Below, piece by piece: positions 36,675 to 46,617 of a stretch of DNA of 64,000 bases. The stretch's first letter is position 1; every line of letters starts with the position of its first letter. Below the pieces are notes generated by a model. It made no database searches. It was not told the DNA's origin and was given only the letters and a program-made list of their open reading frames with translations. The position numbers were made by a program, and so were the translations under genes. The stretch lies in IMG/VR virus record IMGVR_UViG_3300030329_004647, positions 62,001 through 126,000 of that record. One strand, 5' to 3'.

Positions 36675-38699
36675 TTACTTTTGTTTAATTTTAACTTTGT
36701 TTGTTTTTTTGTTGTAGTTAACAAAATAAGAATTTCCTTCAGTAACAGTACCTTTTAATATTTCTTCTGAGATTAAATCTTCTAAAATTGTTTGGATAGC
36801 TCTCTGTAAAGGTCTCGCTCCATACTTTTCATCATAACCCTCTTCAGAAATGTGTTTAATCACTGTAGGTCCAAAACTAAAATCGTAATCTTTTTCTTTT
36901 AATCTAATTTTTAATTCAGCTAATTGAATTTTTACAATTTTTTGTAAGTCCACAACTTTAAGTGACTCAAATATAACAACCTCATCTATTCTATTAAGAA
37001 ATTCAGGATTGAACGTGTTCCTCAGAGACTTAGAAATTAAAGACCTCATATGTTCTTCTTTGTGTTGTTCTTTAGCTTTAGTAGAAAAACCAATTCCTTC
37101 TCCCCAGTCTTGTACTTTTTTAACCCCTATATTAGATGTCATAATAATTAGAGTATTTTTAAAATTTATTTTTCTTCCACTTGAATCTGTAATATAACCA
37201 TCATCTAAAATTTGTAACATTAGATTAAAAATATCAGGATGAGCCTTTTCAACCTCATCAAATAAAATTAAAGAATAAGGATTATTACGAACTTTTTCTG
37301 TTAGTTGTCCTCCTTCATTATAACCCACATATCCAGGAGGAGAACCGATTAGTCTAGATAAAGCGTGTTTTTCTTGGAATTCAGACATATCTACTCTAAT
37401 TAATGATTCTTCAGAACCAAATACATGGGAAGACAGTTGTTTAGCTAAATAAGTTTTACCAACACCAGTAGGCCCTAAAAATATAAAAGAACCTATAGGT
37501 CTATTAGTATCCTTTATACCCACACTATTACGTTTAATAGCTTTAGATATTTTACTAACAGCAGTTTCTTGTCCAATAACCACACCTCTTAATTTATCCT
37601 CAAGATTAAGAAGTTCTTTTTTCTCCCCAATATCTAACCTACTTAATGGTATTTTAGTTATATCCGAAACAACCTCCATAATACTATCAACTGTTATTTC
37701 TGTTCTTTTTAAGTCTTGGTCTTTTTCCCACTTTAATTTTAATTTTTCTAAATCTGTAACTAATTTTCGCTCACTATCTCTTATGTCAGCAGCTTTTTCA
37801 TAATTTTGAGTCTTTACTACTTTCATTTTTTCTTCTTTAAGTTTTGCTATTTTTGTTTTTAGATTTTCTATTGATTTAGGGTACTTTACCTCTATTTGAA
37901 ATTTAGCACCAACTTCGTCTAGGATATCTATAGCTTTATCAGGAAACTGACGTTCATTAATATATCTTTCCGCAAATTTTACACAACTCTCTAAAGCTTC
38001 TTCTGAATAATTTACCTTATGATGAGATTCGTACTTATGTTTTATCTGCTTCAATATTGTAAGAGTTTCTTCGGTACTTGTTGGAGCTATACTCACTTTT
38101 TGAAATCTTCTTTCTAAAGCTCCATCTTTCTCAACCTTTTCTCTATACTCGTTTAAGGTTGTAGCCCCTATACATTGTACTTCACCTCTCGCTAAAGCGG
38201 GTTTAAAAATATTAGCAGCGTCTAAAGAACCAGACGAATTTCCAGTACCCACAACAGTGTGCAACTCATCAATAAAAATAATAACATCTTTATTATTTTT
38301 TAGTTCATCTATTACAGCTTTCATTCTTTCCTCAAACTGACCCCTGTACTTAGTTCCAGCCACTAGTGATGTTAACTCTAATGAAACTATTCTTTTATCT
38401 AACAATGGTCTAGGACCCTCACCCCTACTTAACATAATAGACAAACCCTCTACTATTGCTGTTTTTCCACAACCAGGTTCACCTATTAAAACAGGATTGT
38501 TCTTTTTTCTACGACACAACGTTTGTGCTATTCTTTTAATTTCTTTTTTTCTACCAATAACTGGGTCTAATTCACCTGCTCTTGCTAATGCTGTTAAATC
38601 TGTAGAAAAATTATCCAGAATGGGAGTTCCTTCTGGTTGTATTTCATCTCTATTTTCGTCTCTTCTAGGTTTATCTGACGCTTCTTTAAAATCTGACAT
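36675..38699 (-). CDS. clpC: ClpC/ClpB-family AAA+ ATPase lacking the N-terminal Clp-N domain
   Basis: LDPVIGR, GEPGCGKT, FIDELH, GPTGVGKT, IDMSE-like VDMSEF, LFDEVEKAH, GARPL; short ClpC-type middle domain. Confidence 0.9.
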   Translation of the reverse strand: MSDFKEASDKPRRDENRDEIQPEGTPILDNFSTDLTALARAGELDPVIGRKKEIKRIAQTLCRRKKNNPVLIGEPGCGKTAIVEGLSIMLSRGEGPRPLLDKRIVSLELTSLVAGTKYRGQFEERMKAVIDELKNNKDVIIFIDELHTVVGTGNSSGSLDAANIFKPALARGEVQCIGATTLNEYREKVEKDGALERRFQKVSIAPTSTEETLTILKQIKHKYESHHKVNYSEEALESCVKFAERYINERQFPDKAIDILDEVGAKFQIEVKYPKSIENLKTKIAKLKEEKMKVVKTQNYEKAADIRDSERKLVTDLEKLKLKWEKDQDLKRTEITVDSIMEVVSDITKIPLSRLDIGEKKELLNLEDKLRGVVIGQETAVSKISKAIKRNSVGIKDTNRPIGSFIFLGPTGVGKTYLAKQLSSHVFGSEESLIRVDMSEFQEKHALSRLIGSPPGYVGYNEGGQLTEKVRNNPYSLILFDEVEKAHPDIFNLMLQILDDGYITDSSGRKINFKNTLIIMTSNIGVKKVQDWGEGIGFSTKAKEQHKEEHMRSLISKSLRNTFNPEFLNRIDEVVIFESLKVVDLQKIVKIQLAELKIRLKEKDYDFSFGPTVIKHISEEGYDEKYGARPLQRAIQTILEDLISEEILKGTVTEGNSYFVNYNKKTNKVKIKQK

Positions 38700-38823
38700 A
38701 TATTTTTACTTTTTAATTGTTATAAATTTAATTAAATCTGCCTAATAAATCAATACTGACTATATGACATGGTGAAACTTGAATGTTATGACAAAATGTC
38801 TTATCATTGTTATAATACTATGT

Positions 38824-38839
38824 TGGTACACTTATTGTA
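38824..38839 (+). promoter_or_regulatory. candidate sigma-54 (-24/-12) promoter for dnaK
   Basis: TGGTAC-A-CTTA-TTGTA versus consensus TGGCAC-R-N4-TTGCW; TGACA-AAA-TGTCT box at 38789-38801. Confidence 0.4.
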
Positions 38840-38878
38840 ATATAAAAGTACGAATAACAATTAAAAAAACAAAAGAAA

Positions 38879-39031
38879 ATGGATAAAATCAAAAAAAGAT
38901 TTAGCCAAGAAAAAATGTTTAAAATAATAGACGATTTTTTTAACTATAAATTTGACTACACATCAAATGAAAAAAGTTTGACTAAATCAAATGTTATTAC
39001 TAAAATTAATAAGAAATTAAAAAAAAATTAA
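38879..39031 (+). CDS. possible small hypothetical protein (50 aa)
   Basis: Hand translation MDKIKKRFSQEKMFK...; AT-rich, may be spurious. Confidence 0.35.
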   Translation: MDKIKKRFSQEKMFKIIDDFFNYKFDYTSNEKSLTKSNVITKINKKLKKN

Positions 39032-39040
39032 ATTAAAAAA

Positions 39041-40897
39041 ATGGGAAAAGTAATTGGAATCGATTTAGGGACCACAAATTCTTGTGTATCAGTAGTAGAA
39101 GCTGGAAGTCCTGTAATCATAGTAAATTCAGAGGGTAAAAGAACCACGCCTTCTGTAGTAGCATTTAAAGATGGTGATAGAGTAGTTGGTGAACCAGCAA
39201 AAAGACAAGCGGTATCAAATCCGGATAAAACAATATATTCAGTAAAAAGATTTATAGGTAGTAAGTTTAGTGAAATTAGTGACGAATCTAAAAAAATGGC
39301 TTATAAGGTAAATAAAGGGAAAGGTAATGTTGTTAATATTAAAGTTGATGACAAGTCTTACATCCCCCAAGAAATATCTGCTGTTGTTTTACAAAATCTA
39401 AAAAAAACAGCTGAAGAATACCTAGGGTCTAAAGTAAAACAAGCTGTTATAACTGTACCCGCGTATTTTAATGACGCACAAAGACAAGCTACAAAAGAAG
39501 CGGGAGAAATAGCAGGTTTAGAGGTTCTTAGAATAATTAACGAACCGACCGCTGCGGCATTAGCTTACGGTATAGATGAAAAAAATGAAAAAACTATTGC
39601 CGTCTACGATTTAGGTGGTGGTACTTTTGATATTTCTATATTAGAAATATCTGATGGACTTTTCGAAGTTAAGTCTACAAATGGAGACACACAATTAGGT
39701 GGTGATAATTTTGATGAAGTAATTATTGATTGGTTATTATCGGAATTTAAAACAGAGTCTGGTGTTGATTTAACAAAAGACGCTTCCGCTTTACAAAGAT
39801 TAAGAGAAGCTTCTGAAAAAGCAAAAGTAGAATTGTCTACCGCGAGCACAACAGAAATTAATTTACCTTATTTAACAGCTGATAATACAGGTCCAAAACA
39901 CTTAGTTAGAAATTTAACTAAAGCAAAGTTCCAATCAATGATTGACGACCTAATTAAAAAAAGTATTAGCCCTTGTAGGAAAGCTTTAAAAGACGCTGGA
40001 CTTAAAGTTACAGATATAGATGAAGTTTTATTGGTTGGTGGTTCTACAAGAATCCCAGCAATTCAAGAAGCAGTTGAAAAGTTTTTTAAACAAAAACCGT
40101 CTAAAGGTGTAAATCCAGATGAGGTGGTAGCTATGGGAGCAGCAATCCAAGGAGGCGTGTTAGCTGGAGAGGTTAAAGATGTTTTACTATTAGATGTTAC
40201 ACCTCTTTCACTAGGTATTGAAACTATGGGTGGTGTTATGACAAAACTAATAGATTCCAACACTACTATTCCTACTAGTAAATCAGAAGTGTTTTCTACA
40301 GCTTCAAATAATCAACCAGCAGTAGACATACACGTAGTTCAAGGTGAAAGACCTATGGCTGATGACAATAGAACACTTGGAAGATTTCAACTAACTGACC
40401 TACCACCAGCACCTAGAGGGGTTCCTCAAATTGAGGTTACTTTTGATATTGACGCAAATGGTATTATCAATGTTTCAGCAAAAGATAAAGGAACAGGTAA
40501 AATACAAAATATTAAAATTGAGTCTGGCAGTTCATTGTCTGAAGAAGAAATTAATAAAATGAAAACAGAAGCTGAACAAAACGCTAAAGAAGACGCTATT
40601 AAAAAAGATAAAGTAGAAAAACTTAATACGGCAGACGCGACAATATTCCAAACAGAAAAACAAATAAAAGAGTTTGGAGATAAACTTGACGACACAGATA
40701 AATCAAGATTAGAAAATACAATTAAAGAGTTAGACGAGGTAAGAAAAAATGAGGACCTTGAAGGTATTGATGATTTAACTGAAAAAATAAATGAAATGTG
40801 GCAAGAAATTAGTACAAAACTATACCAACAAACCGACCAACCAGAACCAGAGACCAATGATGGTCCTTCAGATGTAAAATTTGAAGAAGTTAAGTAG
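39041..40897 (+). CDS. dnaK: molecular chaperone DnaK (Hsp70)
   Basis: [35 protein letters not shown]-terminal DVKFEEVK. Confidence 0.98.
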   Translation: MGKVIGIDLGTTNSCVSVVEAGSPVIIVNSEGKRTTPSVVAFKDGDRVVGEPAKRQAVSNPDKTIYSVKRFIGSKFSEISDESKKMAYKVNKGKGNVVNIKVDDKSYIPQEISAVVLQNLKKTAEEYLGSKVKQAVITVPAYFNDAQRQATKEAGEIAGLEVLRIINEPTAAALAYGIDEKNEKTIAVYDLGGGTFDISILEISDGLFEVKSTNGDTQLGGDNFDEVIIDWLLSEFKTESGVDLTKDASALQRLREASEKAKVELSTASTTEINLPYLTADNTGPKHLVRNLTKAKFQSMIDDLIKKSISPCRKALKDAGLKVTDIDEVLLVGGSTRIPAIQEAVEKFFKQKPSKGVNPDEVVAMGAAIQGGVLAGEVKDVLLLDVTPLSLGIETMGGVMTKLIDSNTTIPTSKSEVFSTASNNQPAVDIHVVQGERPMADDNRTLGRFQLTDLPPAPRGVPQIEVTFDIDANGIINVSAKDKGTGKIQNIKIESGSSLSEEEINKMKTEAEQNAKEDAIKKDKVEKLNTADATIFQTEKQIKEFGDKLDDTDKSRLENTIKELDEVRKNEDLEGIDDLTEKINEMWQEISTKLYQQTDQPEPETNDGPSDVKFEEVK

Positions 40898-40923
40898 AAA
40901 AAGGACCTTCGGGTCCTTTTTTT
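40898..40923 (+). terminator. intrinsic terminator
   Basis: AAAAAGGACC-TTCG-GGTCCTTTTTTT. Confidence 0.92.
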
Positions 40924-40969
40924 ATATACGTTACTTTAGAAGTATTTATATTTATAGTAAAACGTTTAC

Positions 40970-43648
40970 ATGTCAAAACTCATTTTAAATAAAGAACAAT
41001 TAACCAATCTTATAGAAACGGTCGTTAAAGATGTTTTAAAGAAAGGGCCTGTATATAAAAAATGGACTAGTATTTCTCCAGAAAAAAGAGAAAAAATAGT
41101 TAACACATCTAAAATTTTATTAGAACAAGAACAAGAGGATGATAGGGACCCAGTAGTAAGGTCCTACTCAACTGATGACCCAACCCTACAGAGTAAAGCA
41201 AACAGTTATTACTCAATACCCCAAGGAGGTTCTTGGACAATAGGAAGGGGAGGTCAACCTAGAGGAAATGATATAGTAACTGTAGACCAATTAACAGGAA
41301 ACTATAAAGTATGGTTTCCAGCGGAAAACATTTCTTATATTTGCAACAACGCTACAAACTACTCAAATCCAGAAACAAAAAACTTTTGGGAAAATGTTTT
41401 TGGAAAACCAAGCACATACAAAACAGGAGCAGCAGCACCAATACATTTAAACCTCGAACAACAAAAATACGCTGAAGCCTTTATTAGGAAAAGTGAAGAA
41501 AAGATGTATAACACGGTAGTAGAGGTGTTAAAAGATTTAGACCCTTCAGACCTATACAATTTATTTCCACGAGGTGTTGTTTGGAAGGAAGGAGCTCCAC
41601 CAAAAGGAAAAATAAAACATAATGACGGTAAGTATTACCATTTTTACACTTTAAAAAACCCAGACAACCCTAAACAACATGCAGCAGTTAAATTAGGTAC
41701 CTCTGCAATTGCAAAAAAGAAAGCTGGGACTGGAGTAGTACAACCAGATAAAAAAATATTTCTAAAGGGGGATAATCTAAGTCTTGGTTTACCCGAAGCA
41801 AATAAAGGTTGGTGGAATGCATTAAGAATGGGGGTTCCAAGAGATGCGGCATTAAAGTTAATTGACGCTGAAGAACAAGTAATAGCATCCAGTATTATTA
41901 ATAGTATGGTAAAGGGTCAGTACGTTGCTGCCCATGGAGAGACAACAAATCACTTTGGATGTAAACCAGGTTTTGTTATGGAGATGGGATGGGTTTTTGA
42001 TGATATAAAAGAGTTTTTATCTGATTTAGACCACCACACTGTTTTTATGGTGATTTCAATTATATTGGCTGTAATAGGCTCTATACTTACAGCTACAGGT
42101 GTAGGTTCCCCAGTTGGTGGTGTTTTATTAGGAGCTTCCTTTATTGTAGATATTATTGACGCTGCGTTTTATTTTGCTGAGGGAGACCCATATATGGGGG
42201 GATTAATGTTAGCTATAGTTATTATACCTGGAGGTCAACTGATGAAACCATTAATGAAAAGGTTAGCTAGGTTTATAGCTAATGCCGTAAAAGGCACTAA
42301 ATTATCATTTCCAGCGTGGAAAACTTTAGCACGTGAACTTAACAACAAAATTGGTTTAAAAAAGATGATGAATTTACTTGATAGTGCATTAGAAACTGTC
42401 AGTAAATTTTATAAGTCTATAAAAAGTTCTGGAAGTAGAGTATTAGATAGTATAGAAAGTGCTTTAAAATCTAAAGGAATTAATATGTCCATGAACACTA
42501 TAAGAGGACTTCTAAGCAAGATTGAAACATCTATCGGTTATGTTATAAAATTTATAAAAAAATTAGGAGGTTTGTTAGGGGGTATGTTGTTAGGATTAGG
42601 GATATATGATTTAGACGCTGTAAAAATGGCCTATAACTGGGTAATGCCTGGTGATTACTGGGATTTAGAAGTAGAATGGAAATACAATCGTATTGGTTTA
42701 TGGAAATGGGTTAAAAGTAGTTCTAGATGGTTTTATGAAAATGTAGACACCGATAACATATGTGGTATAATTAACACAACACCAAACTTCCCAGACAACG
42801 CAGATGATATGGAACCACATAAAATGTTAGGAACACCATACGCTGGATATTATTATTGCAACCTAGTTTATACTAGTTATGTACAACAACTTCTAGAGTG
42901 TGGTACTCGAAATTACCCTGGTTTATCCGAAGACGATTGTGATTCAGTACAAACATACATCAAAAAAGCAGAAGACAATATATTAGAAAATGGACCAACT
43001 TCACAAAAAAAAGCTTGGAGAAAAAATAAAACAATATGGTTTCCAGAAATTGACGCAAATATGAAAAAGGATAAAAATGACTGGAGAGACCATGAAATGG
43101 ATATTACAACAGAATTATCAGATAGGGGGTATAGTAATCCTATGGCTTGTTGGGTTAATAATTTTGAAAAACCTGATAAGTTTCTACCAGACATGAAAAG
43201 AGCGGCTTTAATATGTGCGGACCAAAATGAAAAAGGTGAAGTATTGTATGGCCCACAAAAAGGAAAAACCAGAAAACCTTTTCTAGGAGGATTTGCTAGT
43301 GCGTGGTTAGATGACAAATGGCGTCCAGATTTAGCAACAGAAAAACAACAAGAACAACAAGGATGGGTGACCTTTGTTACATTGTTATTGGAAATGGACA
43401 CAGTTTATGAATACGAATGGATTGATGAAAATGGTAACGAACAAAAACAAAGTTTAACACCAAGACAAAGAGTGGGTATAGATTTAAATATGAAACCAAG
43501 TGAAGCAACAACACAAAAAGTAATACAAGCTTTAAGTGAGTACTATGAAAATAACCCAAATGTCGAGTTATTGGAACAAATAAACAATATAACAAATCCA
43601 GAATCTAAACCAGATTATCAAAACATACAAAAATACTTTGAAAACTAA
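40970..43648 (+). CDS. large protein with class B leader and a central hydrophobic / pre-toxin-TG-like segment
   Basis: MSKLILNKEQLTNLIE...LLEQ; TVFMVISIILAVIG...DIIDAAFYFAEGD...IPG. Confidence 0.75.
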   Translation: MSKLILNKEQLTNLIETVVKDVLKKGPVYKKWTSISPEKREKIVNTSKILLEQEQEDDRDPVVRSYSTDDPTLQSKANSYYSIPQGGSWTIGRGGQPRGNDIVTVDQLTGNYKVWFPAENISYICNNATNYSNPETKNFWENVFGKPSTYKTGAAAPIHLNLEQQKYAEAFIRKSEEKMYNTVVEVLKDLDPSDLYNLFPRGVVWKEGAPPKGKIKHNDGKYYHFYTLKNPDNPKQHAAVKLGTSAIAKKKAGTGVVQPDKKIFLKGDNLSLGLPEANKGWWNALRMGVPRDAALKLIDAEEQVIASSIINSMVKGQYVAAHGETTNHFGCKPGFVMEMGWVFDDIKEFLSDLDHHTVFMVISIILAVIGSILTATGVGSPVGGVLLGASFIVDIIDAAFYFAEGDPYMGGLMLAIVIIPGGQLMKPLMKRLARFIANAVKGTKLSFPAWKTLARELNNKIGLKKMMNLLDSALETVSKFYKSIKSSGSRVLDSIESALKSKGINMSMNTIRGLLSKIETSIGYVIKFIKKLGGLLGGMLLGLGIYDLDAVKMAYNWVMPGDYWDLEVEWKYNRIGLWKWVKSSSRWFYENVDTDNICGIINTTPNFPDNADDMEPHKMLGTPYAGYYYCNLVYTSYVQQLLECGTRNYPGLSEDDCDSVQTYIKKAEDNILENGPTSQKKAWRKNKTIWFPEIDANMKKDKNDWRDHEMDITTELSDRGYSNPMACWVNNFEKPDKFLPDMKRAALICADQNEKGEVLYGPQKGKTRKPFLGGFASAWLDDKWRPDLATEKQQEQQGWVTFVTLLLEMDTVYEYEWIDENGNEQKQSLTPRQRVGIDLNMKPSEATTQKVIQALSEYYENNPNVELLEQINNITNPESKPDYQNIQKYFEN

Positions 43649-43890
43649 TGACACTTAAAAAAGAAACAATATTAGAAAATAATATAATTACTGAATATAA
43701 TTCATCGAATTTAAAACAGTCAGAATACAATAAAGAAAACCAAGAATTAATAATGGAATTTAAGAAAGGAGGAAAATATCTTTACTATAAAGTACCATTA
43801 TTAATTTTCACTAAATTAAGGACAGCTGAAAGCAGCGGAGCATACTTTTCAAAAAATATTGCAAAAAAATATAAATTTAAAAAACTATAA
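43648..43890 (+). CDS. KTSC domain protein
   Basis: SSNLKQSEY...ELIMEFKKGGKYLYYKVP...AESSGAYFSKNI. Confidence 0.9.
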   Translation: MTLKKETILENNIITEYNSSNLKQSEYNKENQELIMEFKKGGKYLYYKVPLLIFTKLRTAESSGAYFSKNIAKKYKFKKL

Positions 43891-44648
43891 TGGACGATAA
43901 AAAAATAGTAAAAAGTTTTCATATCCAGGACGAACTTAATCCTGATATTTGGATGGAGTCAGAAGGTATGTATGTAATGAAACCCGAGATTCGTGAAAAG
44001 TTATTGGAAATAGGTGGTGACTTTATGGACTTTTTAGATGTTGGATTAGGTGACTGCGAAGTTGATACTAAAGATTGTGATGTAGAGGACATTACAGTTA
44101 CTGGTTCTTTAGCTAACTATAATTGGTCTGATTATTCTGATATTGATTTGCACGTTATAGTGGATTTCGGTGAGTTCCAATACGATAAAGAATTACTAAA
44201 AAATTATTTTAATAGTAAAAAAACTATTTGGAATTCCCAACACGATGTAACCATATATGGGTATGAGGTTGAAGTTTATGCTCAGGATGACACAGAAGAA
44301 CACTTTTCTTCAGGAGTATATTCAGTACTTTACGATGAATGGATAGTAGAACCCCAACAAGAAGAGTTTGATTTAGATGAAAAAGTTTTATTAAAAAAAG
44401 CATCTCCTTGGATGGAAATGATTGATGATTTATATGAAAAATCAAAAAATATAGAATTTACTGATACCATAGACTTGGTTCGTAAGGTAAAAGATAAGTT
44501 AAAAAAATATAGAACATGTGGGTTAGAAAAAGGTGGAGAATACTCATATGAAAATCTTGTTTTTAAATTATTAAGGAGAAATGGATACATTAAAAAGCTA
44601 CTTGACCTTAGAAATGATATGCAAGATGAATTAATGTCTATAAAATAA
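43890..44648 (+). CDS. Pol-beta-superfamily nucleotidyltransferase
   Basis: TGSLANYNWSDYSDIDLH (GS...DxD) and YEVEVY third acidic residue. Confidence 0.85.
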   Translation: MDDKKIVKSFHIQDELNPDIWMESEGMYVMKPEIREKLLEIGGDFMDFLDVGLGDCEVDTKDCDVEDITVTGSLANYNWSDYSDIDLHVIVDFGEFQYDKELLKNYFNSKKTIWNSQHDVTIYGYEVEVYAQDDTEEHFSSGVYSVLYDEWIVEPQQEEFDLDEKVLLKKASPWMEMIDDLYEKSKNIEFTDTIDLVRKVKDKLKKYRTCGLEKGGEYSYENLVFKLLRRNGYIKKLLDLRNDMQDELMSIK

Positions 44649-44696
44649 GATTACTTTTTATACTAAAAAAAGTATTTATAAAAAAAGGAAAATAAT

Positions 44697-45098
44697 ATGG
44701 CAACAGGTAATTATGGTGGTGCTTCAATACCAACACAAAATATTCTCACTACAGTTCTAGCAGCTGGGTCGGCAACTACTTATAGCGCATGGACATGTAC
44801 AGGGTTATATTCTATAGCTGATGATAAGACTGTACAAGTAAGGGGTGTAAATATAACGTTAAACGAAGGGCAAAGTATTGATATCTCATTTAACCCTGAT
44901 GAGTTGTCGGTTCAAGATGCTTCTGTAGCAGCTCTTTGTTATGATTGTACATGCAATACTTATATGACAACTAATAGAGGATTTACTACAAATTTAGGTC
45001 CCGCAGCTGGAGCTATACCGTCTAATTGGCCGTTTAGCTCGAACACATCACAATTCTTTATGCCATCAATAATAGGAGGAGGACACTCTAACAATTAA
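44697..45098 (+). CDS. hypothetical, likely virion structural protein
   Basis: Small-residue-rich; TATTTATA at 44673-44680. Confidence 0.7.
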   Translation: MATGNYGGASIPTQNILTTVLAAGSATTYSAWTCTGLYSIADDKTVQVRGVNITLNEGQSIDISFNPDELSVQDASVAALCYDCTCNTYMTTNRGFTTNLGPAAGAIPSNWPFSSNTSQFFMPSIIGGGHSNN

Positions 45099-45113
45099 TA
45101 AAAAAAAACTAAT

Positions 45114-46208
45114 ATGTCAGACTTAAAACCAATTGGCTCAGAAAAATTAAAAGGGCAAGACAAAATTAAAAGAATAATGGAGATAGCTAGATACGGTGAA
45201 TCTCCTAGAAATAATGAGCTTCATACGGAAACCAACTTTTACACTAAAAAAGCACCTAATGGTGTACACTATTCTATAGTACAAGAAAAAGATGGGTATT
45301 ATTTAAAATCTGGATTAAACGAATCTGCACAAGATTATTTACATGGTGTAGGAGGTAAAAAAAGAGACAGATTTAGAAGTTATGGTGCAGCTCTTAAAAA
45401 ATTAAACCTAATATTCAAACCAATCATCATGGAATATACGGATGGTAAAGGTACCTCTATGTTTGAAGATACTGATATGGATGTGGATATGGATGTTTTA
45501 ACAGACCTAACAGATGATGAAATGGAAATGGGTGAACAAAAATCTGTTATAGCGGTAGACATACCAGATACTGAACCAGCGATGGAAGACATGGGAATGG
45601 AAGACGATATGGGAATGGAAGGTGACATGGGTGATGACATGGGTGATGAAGATATGGGTATGGAAGACGACATGGTTGACGACATGGGTGATGAAGAGGA
45701 AGAAATTGATGTTGATGTAGATGTTGAAGGAGAAATGTCTATAAAACCAATTCAAAAATTAACAGGAAAATTAGGACAAAAACTTAGAGATTTCGCTGAT
45801 GAATTAGAATCAGATGATATTAAATATGTTTTAAACTCTATAATTTCAGCTGTAGATTTAGACAAATTGTCTATGGAGGATAAAGATGATATTACTTCTA
45901 GATTTGAGGATGATGATGAAGAGTATGGAATGGAAGACAAAATGGATATCGATGTAAGCGATGAAGAGTTTGAAATGGGAGATGATGAAATGGGAATGGA
46001 AGATGAAGGTATGGATGTTGATGTTGAAGATGAAGGTGATATGTTAGATATGCCTGAAGGGTACAAAAGTATTAGAGAATCAGTTGAAAAAGTGATTGAT
46101 AAATATGTAAACCCTGGTAACAAAAAAAACCATAGCAAACAATTCATACAAAATATTGTAGAAAAAGTTAAAAAAAGAAAAATTAATAAGACTACAAAAA
46201 CAGTTTAA
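45114..46208 (+). CDS. highly acidic D/E/M-rich protein, probably head-associated
   Basis: KIKRIMEIA N-terminal helix; LNES and IRES sites; DMG repeats. Confidence 0.75.
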   Translation: MSDLKPIGSEKLKGQDKIKRIMEIARYGESPRNNELHTETNFYTKKAPNGVHYSIVQEKDGYYLKSGLNESAQDYLHGVGGKKRDRFRSYGAALKKLNLIFKPIIMEYTDGKGTSMFEDTDMDVDMDVLTDLTDDEMEMGEQKSVIAVDIPDTEPAMEDMGMEDDMGMEGDMGDDMGDEDMGMEDDMVDDMGDEEEEIDVDVDVEGEMSIKPIQKLTGKLGQKLRDFADELESDDIKYVLNSIISAVDLDKLSMEDKDDITSRFEDDDEEYGMEDKMDIDVSDEEFEMGDDEMGMEDEGMDVDVEDEGDMLDMPEGYKSIRESVEKVIDKYVNPGNKKNHSKQFIQNIVEKVKKRKINKTTKTV

Positions 46209-46212
46209 TTCC

Positions 46213-46617
46213 ATGGAGTTAATCTTTGTAAACGAATTAGGACCTAACTACAAGGGAGAAAATATATATGAATTTATTTTCGGCGACTCTACACAAGAAA
46301 TGTGGGGTGAAGATTGGGACTCTACACCGTCACATGGAAAACCCGCTCCACCAGACATGGTCTACATAAAAAAAGTTGGAGTGTTAACCAAAAGTGATAT
46401 TATCCTAGAAGTTGTTCAGAATTCTGACTATTTTGGTATGGAACACGCAATTGATAGAGTGATAGCTTTAGGTTATGAAATTTGGACTAACGATGAATCA
46501 CAACCAGACGAAAGGCTGGTTTTTCATTTTGGTGACACCATAAAGGAGGTAGAGGATAAACTTTATTCTCGAGACTTAGTATTAAACTACGATAAGAAAA
46601 TAGAATATGTACAATAG
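46213..46617 (+). CDS. hypothetical protein
   Basis: ORF track; contiguous operon. Confidence 0.75.
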   Translation: MELIFVNELGPNYKGENIYEFIFGDSTQEMWGEDWDSTPSHGKPAPPDMVYIKKVGVLTKSDIILEVVQNSDYFGMEHAIDRVIALGYEIWTNDESQPDERLVFHFGDTIKEVEDKLYSRDLVLNYDKKIEYVQ

